From NCBI GenBank assembly GCA_038245685.1, contig JBBRSF010000001.1:1-31551 (forward strand): DNA of 31,551 nucleotides, written 5' to 3'. Each line of letters begins with the position of its first letter. Within the stretch, counting starts at the first letter, position 1. Shown here piece by piece: positions 24,846 to 31,551 of the stretch. This DNA comes from Minisyncoccia bacterium. GTDB taxonomy: Bacteria > Patescibacteriota > Minisyncoccia > Phycocordibacterales > UBA9973. Both the position numbers and the translations under genes were made by a program. The notes beneath the pieces are model-generated. The model did no database searches, was not told where the DNA came from, and saw only the letters and a program-made list of their open reading frames with translations.

Positions 24846-24954
24846 AGCGGGATAATGACTGAATTTATTCAGTCATGTACGGATTCGAAAGGAGTTTCGT
24901 TATTTATTAAATCGAAACTCACCTGCCGACGTAGTCGGCGAGTCCTATATCGCT
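24846..24954. repeat. Multi-branch structured element downstream of tRNA-Val
   Basis: Stems ATGACTGAAT/ATTCAGTCAT, GGATT/AGTCC, GAGTTTCG/CGAAACTC and GCCGAC/GTCGGC, closed by AGCG/CGCT. Confidence 0.65.
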
Positions 24955-24962
24955 ACAATATT

Positions 24963-26129
24963 ATGAGAATTTTAAGCATTGAGACGTCGTGCGACGATAC
25001 GGGCATAAGTATAATGGAAGCAAAAGGAGGCATCACAAATGCTTCTTTTAAAGTTCTCGGTGACACCGTCTCTTCACAAATTGATATTCATATCCCCTTC
25101 GGCGGAGTTTATCCTGCCCTTGCTAAACGTGAGCACATCAAGAACCTTCCGATCGTCCTTGAAAAAACTTTAAAGAAAGCAAGACTAGAAAACAAAAAGA
25201 AACCTGTAGATGTGATATCGGTGACAATGGGCCCCGGGCTCGAACCAGCTCTCTGGACAGGGATAGTCTTCGCTAAAGAACTCGGCAAGAAATGGGATGT
25301 GCCAGTTATCCCCGTAAACCATATGGAAGGTCATATTCTTTCTGTATTTGGAAAAAATAAAGGTCAATTTAAAATTACTACCAAGAAAAATCCTATTTTA
25401 TCTCTTTTAGTCTCTGGAGGACACACTGAACTCGTTCTCGTAAAAAAATGGGCTGATTACAAGATCATAGGGCAAACCCTCGATGATGCAGTCGGAGAAG
25501 CCTTCGACAAGGTTGCCCGCATGCTCGGTCTTCCCTATCCTGGCGGACCACAGATTTCCAATCTAGCACAAGAAGCCAGAGCCTTTAGCGAGCGAAGCAT
25601 TGCGCAGGTTGACGAACCGAGCATAGCAAAAAATCAGCAGATTTTTATGCGCGCTGAGTCCGCGAAAGGCTCTAGCGCATCTTTCTCTCTTTCTCTTTCT
25701 TTGCCTCGCCCTATGCTTTATAGTAAAAATTTTGATTTTTCATATTCGGGACTCAAAACAGCTGTTTTATATTTAATTAAAGACTTAGGAGGATTAGAGA
25801 AAATAAGCGAAAAGACAAAAGCACAAATTGCACTTGAATTTGAAAATGCAGCTATCGAATGTCTAATTAAAAAAACTGGGAAAGCAATCGACGCCTATAA
25901 AATAAAAACATTGATAGTAGGCGGTGGAGTATCAGCGAACAAATACTTGCGGAGCGAAATGAAAAAGCTTGCCAAAGAAAAGAAAGTAGAACTTCTATTC
26001 CCTGCCAAAGAACTTTCGACTGACAACTCCATCATGATAGGCATAGCTGGATATTTAAAATATCTAAAAATAAAAAACAAAATCCCAAAAGTGGAAAGTA
26101 TCAAGGCGACTGGTAATTTAAGGCTTTAA
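24963..26129 (+). CDS. tsaD: tRNA N6-adenosine threonylcarbamoyltransferase TsaD, with an in-frame insertion
   Basis: Motifs ILSIETSCDDT, GGVYP.LA.REH, GPGL, NHMEGH, LLVSGGHTEL, DDAVGEAFDKVAR.LGLPYPGGP, FSYSGLKT, GGGVSAN, TDNSIMIG. Start reset from 24855 to 24963. Confidence 0.97.
   Translation: MRILSIETSCDDTGISIMEAKGGITNASFKVLGDTVSSQIDIHIPFGGVYPALAKREHIKNLPIVLEKTLKKARLENKKKPVDVISVTMGPGLEPALWTGIVFAKELGKKWDVPVIPVNHMEGHILSVFGKNKGQFKITTKKNPILSLLVSGGHTELVLVKKWADYKIIGQTLDDAVGEAFDKVARMLGLPYPGGPQISNLAQEARAFSERSIAQVDEPSIAKNQQIFMRAESAKGSSASFSLSLSLPRPMLYSKNFDFSYSGLKTAVLYLIKDLGGLEKISEKTKAQIALEFENAAIECLIKKTGKAIDAYKIKTLIVGGGVSANKYLRSEMKKLAKEKKVELLFPAKELSTDNSIMIGIAGYLKYLKIKNKIPKVESIKATGNLRL
25575..25676. 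mobile_element. 102-nt palindromic element inserted in frame in tsaD
   Basis: Terminal inverted repeat GCCAGAGCCTTTAGCG/CGCGAAAGGCTCTAGC (14 of 16 match). Length is exactly 34 codons. Confidence 0.65.
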
Positions 26130-26152
26130 CCCTTCGACAGGCTCAGGGCAAA
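26130..26152. repeat. Short REP-like palindrome between tsaD and valS
   Basis: CCCT-TCGACAGGCTC-AGGG directly after the tsaD stop. GC-rich in an AT-rich spacer. Confidence 0.55.
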
Positions 26153-26169
26153 TATGATAATATGGACAC

Positions 26170-28308
26170 ATGGATGAAAGGTTATTGAAGCCGTACGACT
26201 CAAAAAATACAGAAGATAGGATATACAAGCTTTGGGAAGAGTCCGGTTTTTTTAACCCCGATAAAAGGCCTGACTGGGCAAATGATCCCGCGACAAATAA
26301 AAACTTCGACAAAACTTTCTCTATTGTCCTCCCTCCTCCGAATGCTACTGGGGTACTCCACTTAGGGCATGCTCTTGAAGACTCCATGCAAGATACGATG
26401 ATTCGCTTCAATCGTATGCAAGGAAAGCAAACACTTTGGGTGCCGGGCACTGATCATGCTGCCATAGCCACAGACTCAAAAGTTACAAAAATTTTAGAAA
26501 AAGAAGGGCTGAAGAAAAAAGATATCGGCAGAGAAAAATTCCTAGAGCGTGTAGATAAGTTTGTCGATGATAGTCGAAAAACAATCGTAAGCCAGCTAAG
26601 GAAGATAGGCGCATCGCTCGACTGGTCTCGAGAAGCATTTACGTATGACCAAGAACGCAACATCGCCGTTCGCACAGCATTTAAGAAAATGTATGATGAC
26701 GGACTTATATATCGCGGTCATAGGATCGTTAACTGGGATCCAAAAGGCCAAACAGTTATTTCCGATGATGAAATAGTTTACGAAGAGAGAAAAGGAAAAT
26801 TCTACACTTTTAAATACGGACCATTTAATATAGGCACAGCGCGCCCTGAGACAAAATTTGGAGACAAATACGTAGTTATGCATCCTAACGACGAAAGATA
26901 TAAAGATTGGCAGCATATGCAGAAGATCACTTTAGAATGGATTAATGGGCCTATAGAGGCGACCATCATAAAAGACGAAATGATAGACATGGAATTCGGC
27001 ACGGGCGTCATGACCATTACTCCATGGCATTCTCATGAAGATTTTGCCCTCGCAGAAAAATATAAACTAGACAAAGAACAAATAATTGACCAGTACGGGA
27101 AACTTCTTCCTGTCGCGGAAGAGTTTGCGGGGATGAAAATTACCGACGCTAGAGAAAAAATAGTAGAGAAGCTCAAGGAAAAAGGACTCTTGGTATCTAT
27201 AGATGAGAACTATGTAAACAGAGTGGCTACTGCTGAAAGAACAGGAGGAGTAATAGAACCGCAAATAATGCTCCAATGGTTCGTGGATGTAAATAAAAAA
27301 ATCCCTACTCGAGGAGACAACTCACTCAAAGAGCTTATGCTTCTGCCCGTCCGAAACGGTGAGATAAAAGTTCTCCCCGATCACTTTGAAAAAGTTTACT
27401 TTAATTGGATCGAGAATTTGCGGGATTGGTGTATATCTCGGCAGATATGGTATGGCCACCGCATACCTGTATGGTATCGTTCGGCCCATCTCACGACAAG
27501 TAAAAGGGAAGAAATATATGTAGGAATAGAAGCACCTAAAGAAACGGGATGGACCCAAGATGAAGATACACTAGACACTTGGTTCTCTTCCGGACTTTGG
27601 ACTTTCTCCACTTTAGGATGGCCGGATATAAATGCGTCTGACTTAAAAAGATTTCATCCGACCAATGTTATAAATCCCGGCTATGAAATACTATTTTTCT
27701 GGGTGGCGAGAATGATATTAATGTCCCAATACCTACTAGGAGAAGTTCCTTTCAAAACTGTCTATCTACATGGCATGCTTCGAGACGCGAAAGGTCAAAA
27801 ATTCAGTAAATCCCTGGACAATGGTGTGGACCCGATTGAAATAATAAATGAGTATGGAGCCGATGCTCTCCGTATGTCGATGATCGTGGGTATAGGTCCT
27901 GGAGCAGATGGAAAATTCGACATTCAAAAAGTAAAGGCTTATAGTAAGTTTTCGAACAAGATTTGGAACATAACTCGATATATTCTGTCGCAAGAAAATT
28001 CAGGAAGTTTGAAAAAGGATTTGATAGATGAATTTAATACTTTAGCTAACGATATTACCTCAGATATGAACAATTACCGTTTTTATCTTGCCGCAGAAAA
28101 AATCTACGCTTACTTATGGCATCGCCTAGCTGATGAGATTATCGAGGAAAGTAAAAATAATCCCGATTATAATGCTACCCTTTATTACATTCTAGAAAAT
28201 TCACTTAAAATACTTCACCCCTTTATGCCCTTTGTTACTGAAGAAATTTGGTCGATGATGCCTATTGAAAACAAAAATCTTCTAATGATAGAAAAGTGGC
28301 CTATATGA
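26170..28308 (+). CDS. valS: Valine--tRNA ligase, short form without the C-terminal coiled coil
   Basis: Motifs PPPNATG.LHLGH, WVPGTDHA.IAT, DWCISRQIWYGHRIP, DTLDTWFSS, KFSKS. 712 aa. Confidence 0.97.
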   Translation: MDERLLKPYDSKNTEDRIYKLWEESGFFNPDKRPDWANDPATNKNFDKTFSIVLPPPNATGVLHLGHALEDSMQDTMIRFNRMQGKQTLWVPGTDHAAIATDSKVTKILEKEGLKKKDIGREKFLERVDKFVDDSRKTIVSQLRKIGASLDWSREAFTYDQERNIAVRTAFKKMYDDGLIYRGHRIVNWDPKGQTVISDDEIVYEERKGKFYTFKYGPFNIGTARPETKFGDKYVVMHPNDERYKDWQHMQKITLEWINGPIEATIIKDEMIDMEFGTGVMTITPWHSHEDFALAEKYKLDKEQIIDQYGKLLPVAEEFAGMKITDAREKIVEKLKEKGLLVSIDENYVNRVATAERTGGVIEPQIMLQWFVDVNKKIPTRGDNSLKELMLLPVRNGEIKVLPDHFEKVYFNWIENLRDWCISRQIWYGHRIPVWYRSAHLTTSKREEIYVGIEAPKETGWTQDEDTLDTWFSSGLWTFSTLGWPDINASDLKRFHPTNVINPGYEILFFWVARMILMSQYLLGEVPFKTVYLHGMLRDAKGQKFSKSLDNGVDPIEIINEYGADALRMSMIVGIGPGADGKFDIQKVKAYSKFSNKIWNITRYILSQENSGSLKKDLIDEFNTLANDITSDMNNYRFYLAAEKIYAYLWHRLADEIIEESKNNPDYNATLYYILENSLKILHPFMPFVTEEIWSMMPIENKNLLMIEKWPI

Positions 28309-29024
28309 TGGATATTTTTAATCATGACCCTAAAATAATAGGTCTCGCACTCTTGGGGGGTATCATTCCCTCTCTTCTATGGCTGTGGTTTTGGCTGAAA
28401 GAAGAAGAAAATCCAGAACCTAAAGCTATTCTTACCATAGTTTTCATTATGGGCATAATTGCAGTTTTGGTTGTTTTACCAATACAGCAATTCATTCAAT
28501 CAAAAGTATCCTCCCATGAAATAGAGCTAATTTTATGGGCAGCTTCAGAAGAAATGGTCAAATTCTTTGCTGTTTTATTAGTTTTGTATAAAAGTAGCTA
28601 TAATAAAAAACCTATAGACTGGCCGATTTTTATGATTACGGCAGCACTCGGATTCGCGGCGCTCGAAAATACACTATTTTTAATAAAGCCTTTTTCCGTT
28701 AGCCAAGCCACTGTGGCTCTCTTAACCGGACAATTAAGGTTCATGGGTTCTACTCTCCTCCATACTATTTCTTCAGGGGTTATAGGGATTTCTTTGGGAA
28801 TTGCCCTTAATATGAACGCTCTGAAAAAAACATGGCACTTGTTCATAGGATTTTTTATTGCTATTACCTTGCATAGCGCTTTTAATTTCTTTATAATAAG
28901 AAACAACGGCAGTGATTTTTTAAAAGTTTTTGCCTTTCTATGGGTAGTCACAATTGTAATTATGCTACTCTTTGAAAAGGTTAGACGAATGAGTGAAGAT
29001 ACTACAACTTTAATTAATAACTAA
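28305..29024 (+). CDS. PrsW family intramembrane metalloprotease
   Basis: Motifs EEMVKF, GFAALEN, LLHT and LHSAFN in a multi-TM protein. ATGA overlap with the valS stop at 28305-28308. Confidence 0.88.
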   Translation: MMDIFNHDPKIIGLALLGGIIPSLLWLWFWLKEEENPEPKAILTIVFIMGIIAVLVVLPIQQFIQSKVSSHEIELILWAASEEMVKFFAVLLVLYKSSYNKKPIDWPIFMITAALGFAALENTLFLIKPFSVSQATVALLTGQLRFMGSTLLHTISSGVIGISLGIALNMNALKKTWHLFIGFFIAITLHSAFNFFIIRNNGSDFLKVFAFLWVVTIVIMLLFEKVRRMSEDTTTLINN

Positions 29025-29037
29025 ATTATAAAATCAA

Positions 29038-29526
29038 ATGGAAAATAAAAAAAGAAGTTTTTTTGAAAGATTGACAGGAAGTGTAACTATGGATGATGAG
29101 GCTCCAGAACCTGCGAAAAAAGAATTTTTTATCAAAGGAGTAAAGAGTCATAGTAGTGAGAAAAATGATAGCAAATGGGTGGAAGAAGAAGCTGAAGAAG
29201 CAGAACTTTCAGTCGACGTATACCAGACTCCTACGAGTATAGTCATCGAAACCATGGTAGCTGGTGTAAAGCCAGAAGACCTTGAGCTTTCTATCGCGCG
29301 GGACACCGTCACGATCCGAGGAGAAAGAGAAGAATCTCGCACGATCGATGAAGATAATTACTTTATCCAAGAATTGTATTGGGGGAAATTTTCGAGAACC
29401 ATTTCTTTGCCGGCTGAAGTAGAGCCAGAAGAAGCAGAAGCCACAGAGAAACACGGCTTACTAACTATCAAACTCCAAAAGGTAGATAAAGACAGGAAAA
29501 ACGTAGTGAGGGTTAAATCTATCTAA
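29038..29526 (+). CDS. Hsp20/alpha-crystallin family small heat shock protein
   Basis: Motifs VDVYQT, AGVKPEDLEL, VTIRGER, GKFSRTISLP.EV, A..KHGLLTI.L.K. Confidence 0.93.
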   Translation: MENKKRSFFERLTGSVTMDDEAPEPAKKEFFIKGVKSHSSEKNDSKWVEEEAEEAELSVDVYQTPTSIVIETMVAGVKPEDLELSIARDTVTIRGEREESRTIDEDNYFIQELYWGKFSRTISLPAEVEPEEAEATEKHGLLTIKLQKVDKDRKNVVRVKSI

Positions 29527-29534
29527 ATTATTTG

Positions 29535-29607
29535 TGCCAAGACCCAGGTTCGAACTGGGGACCCTTCCCTCTTCAGGGGAATGCTCTACCAACTGAGCTA
29601 TCTTGGC
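29535..29607 (-). tRNA. tRNA-Phe(GAA)
   Basis: Acceptor GCCAAGA/TCTTGGC, anticodon arm TTCCC-CTGAAGA-GGGAA. Confidence 0.95.
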
Positions 29608-29626
29608 ATTTGCTTTTTACTCTAAT

Positions 29627-29884
29627 TTAATTCGAAAAACTTTTCAACATCGATCCGAAATTTTGAAAATTCGTTTTCGTTCCTCCATATACTTCAATAA
29701 GCTGAGTAAGGTAAGGCTGGACGAAATAATAAGCTCCGAACGCAGACCCTATAATAAGGACCCAGTAAATAATGGTCATTATCCTTCCGATGCGCATAGA
29801 ACGCCTCACGGAATGTAGCATTTTATTATTATCTTCTGCAAGCCTGTACGTATCCTCTAATAATTTTTTTGATTCAGGATCCAT
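29627..29884 (-). CDS. Small single-pass membrane protein, 85 aa
   Basis: Helical N-terminus followed by one hydrophobic segment (IMTIIYWVLIIGSAFGAYYFV). Fills the intergenic gap. Confidence 0.75.
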   Translation of the reverse strand: MDPESKKLLEDTYRLAEDNNKMLHSVRRSMRIGRIMTIIYWVLIIGSAFGAYYFVQPYLTQLIEVYGGTKTNFQNFGSMLKSFSN

Positions 29885-29923
29885 GGCAACATATTAGCAT
29901 AATTTATAACATTTTAAAAGACA

Positions 29924-30718
29924 TTACCCTTCTAGGTGAAGTCTCGCCTCTGCGTCTCTGATTCTTTGCATTTTCACTTCTGGATCTTTATCTCGAAGCT
30001 CATTTTTATCAGCTTCCTCTAGTACTTTTTTTAGATCTATTTCTGTTCCTTTTCGTAAAAGTATATAGCCTGCTGCAGCTGTGACAGCTTTCTTCTTTCC
30101 GTCTACTACTACATATCCACTATTGATGGTTTCTTTAATGTGAGTAAACGGTTTTTCTATATCTTCTTCTTTTAAATCTTTTTCAATCCTTAATATAATA
30201 ATTATTTCATCAGATGTGTCTCCACGACGAAAAGCAAAATCTTGGTCCCTAGTGGCTTGTCTTATTTTATCCGCAATACATCGCAAGGCCTTACTCCCAG
30301 CTGTTTGACTGATTTCATTATTCCATTTTCTCAAATTATCTAAGTCCACTGAAATAACCATGATGGCTTGCAGAGGCGGGTGTCTTCCTTTATTTTCCTC
30401 AGTGGGAATAAAATTCAATTCTTGAATTTGATCTGATAAATATTTTTCAAGCTCTTCATGTTTACGCAAGCCTGTAACTGCATCTATACCTAAATGATCT
30501 TTTTCGTCGCTAAGAGTGCGTGCGATCTCTGAAAGATGCAACTCTGTATGTTCTCTTTTTTGTAGAAGTTTTCTTATGAGATGATTATATTCAGTTTCGT
30601 TAATTTCTTTTTTTTCAAATGCCTCATCTAAAACTTCGAGGTTGATTTTGTCGCTATGATCCATGTCATACGAGAATGTTTCGCTTTTTTTAGGAGCCCG
30701 AGGTGGCTTTTCTTGCAT
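29924..30718 (-). CDS. GGDEF-domain protein with a degenerate active site
   Basis: DAVTGL, VDLDNLRKWN..ISQTAGSKAL, RRGDTSDEIIIIL and LEEADK align to the GGDEF domain pattern. Confidence 0.8.
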   Translation of the reverse strand: MQEKPPRAPKKSETFSYDMDHSDKINLEVLDEAFEKKEINETEYNHLIRKLLQKREHTELHLSEIARTLSDEKDHLGIDAVTGLRKHEELEKYLSDQIQELNFIPTEENKGRHPPLQAIMVISVDLDNLRKWNNEISQTAGSKALRCIADKIRQATRDQDFAFRRGDTSDEIIIILRIEKDLKEEDIEKPFTHIKETINSGYVVVDGKKKAVTAAAGYILLRKGTEIDLKKVLEEADKNELRDKDPEVKMQRIRDAEARLHLEG

Positions 30719-30791
30719 ACCTATATATTATCATATAAAGTAGGCAATTTCCAAGAAGGGTTTAATCTGTTATATTATATGTGAGTTATAT

Positions 30792-30863
30792 GTCTTCGTA
30801 GTTAAATGGATATAACGACTCCGTCCTAAGGAGTAATTGCAGGTTCGATTCCTGCCGAGGACA
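30792..30863 (+). tRNA. tRNA-Arg(CCT)
   Basis: Acceptor GTCTTCG/CGAGGAC, A20 in the D loop, anticodon arm ACTCC-GTCCTAA-GGAGT, T arm GCAGG-TTCGATT-CCTGC. Confidence 0.92.
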
Positions 30864-30992
30864 CAAAAAAAATACTAAATTTTCTCATTCAAATTAATTT
30901 TATATTAAAAAACAGGTTTTTTCTTTTGTAAATAGTTCTTTTTTAGCTTTATTCTTAAAGCTTATTTTAGTTAATATTAAATTAAGATTAAG

Positions 30993-31001
30993 TTATCCAC
31001 A
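30993..31001 (+). promoter_or_regulatory. DnaA box in an AT-rich spacer
   Basis: Perfect TTATCCACA. Confidence 0.5.
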
Positions 31002-31030
31002 GTTTAGACAGATTTACACACTTATATATC

Positions 31031-31058
31031 TTGACATAAAAAATACAAAAAGTAATAT
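31031..31058 (+). promoter_or_regulatory. Probable sigma70 promoter
   Basis: TTGACA, 16-nt spacer, TAATAT, upstream of the ATG at 31104. Confidence 0.5.
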
Positions 31059-31103
31059 ATTAAAATAACATTAAATTATTATTAATTAATCAAAAATAAA
31101 TTT

Positions 31104-31551
31104 ATGGCAAGTAAAAACAAAAAAATAGGAAAAGTTCTACTCTTCGCTTTAACTATAGGATTACTTCCCTTCTCTCCTGCCAAGGGTGACCTAGAAAAAA
31201 GCGCTCATGCTAGTTCTCCAATTACAAAAAGCCAATACGACAGCATGTATCAGTATCACGCTTTGGAAAATAAAACCTCTTACTTTCTTGCAATGAACGA
31301 TGTGAATAGTGCAAACGAAGCTCCAACAGGAACTCCGACTGAGCCAACGAAAAACGACAACACAAGTAGCGCACAACTATCTACCCCTACTATTGCTCCA
31401 GAGAGCGCAGTAGAAACAGACAATACAGACACGATTGCAGTCGACCTAGAAAACATAATTGCAAAATCAAAAGAATCTATTAATAAAATTGACAACATAA
31501 TAAGCGAAGCGAAAAATCGAAGTGGAATACATACCTTCATTACTGGAACAA
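31104..31551 (+). CDS. Exported protein, N-terminal part (runs off the window edge)
   Basis: Manual translation stays open to the end: MASKNKKIGKVLLFALTIGLLPFSPAKG... Signal peptide, a Pro/Thr/Ser-rich linker, then a helical region. Confidence 0.75.
   Translation, partial: MASKNKKIGKVLLFALTIGLLPFSPAKGDLEKSAHASSPITKSQYDSMYQYHALENKTSYFLAMNDVNSANEAPTGTPTEPTKNDNTSSAQLSTPTIAPESAVETDNTDTIAVDLENIIAKSKESINKIDNIISEAKNRSGIHTFITGT

Noticed and set aside
24855-24962. 36-aa N-terminal extension of TsaD
   Set aside because: The ATG lies inside the palindromic trailer. The conserved TsaD start MRILSIETSCD is at 24963.
25562-25676. TCTAGC direct repeat as a target-site duplication of the tsaD element
   Set aside because: The copies are 109 nt apart, not a multiple of three, so this cannot explain an in-frame insertion.
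330-31540. Many short ORFs in the track that lie antisense to or in another frame of strong genes (e.g. 330-566, 1169-1576, 9282-9605, 17596-18108, 23747-24535, 31280-31540)
   Set aside because: They are shadows of well-supported genes, with no initiation signals or recognisable motifs.
1-31551. Stop-codon reassignment (TGA=Gly) as in Gracilibacteria
   Set aside because: All conserved genes are full length under the standard code, and valS ends at TGA at a plausible position overlapping the next start.
1-31551. CRISPR array, prophage or IS element
   Set aside because: There are no regularly spaced repeats and no cas, integrase, transposase or phage structural genes.

Overview
This is a compact housekeeping region of a small, AT-rich bacterial genome that reads with the standard code. 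Gene content and style point to Patescibacteria/CPR, probably Parcubacteria; that placement is an inference, as there is no rRNA in the window. The left half is mostly on the minus strand: partial fba, gatB, obgE, MYG1, dedA, yqeY, a reduced dcw cluster (mraZ-rsmH-ftsL-ftsI-murF), lysS and greA, with an ExoX-like exonuclease and rmuC on plus. The right half is mostly on plus: rpsU, ybeY, ftsA, ftsZ, trxB-like, family-4 UDG, a GlmU N-terminal domain, gdhA, tsaD, valS, prsW and hsp20, followed on minus by a degenerate GGDEF protein. There are six tRNAs and no transposase, integrase, CRISPR array or rRNA. Five things stand out. (1) A 102-nt palindromic element sits exactly in frame inside tsaD and shares motifs with structured trailers behind two tRNAs. 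(2) There appear to be two translation-initiation regimes: many core genes have a -10 box 6-10 nt before the ATG and no Shine-Dalgarno, while several orphan genes have their own promoter, a strong AGGAGG and a compound terminator. (3) One of those orphans is a secreted TonB-C-like protein with a Tat-like basic tail. (4) There is an unannotated 20-aa peptide with four cysteines. (5) There is a terminator in the greA leader. All calls come from reading the sequence by eye; no database searches or folding programs were run.
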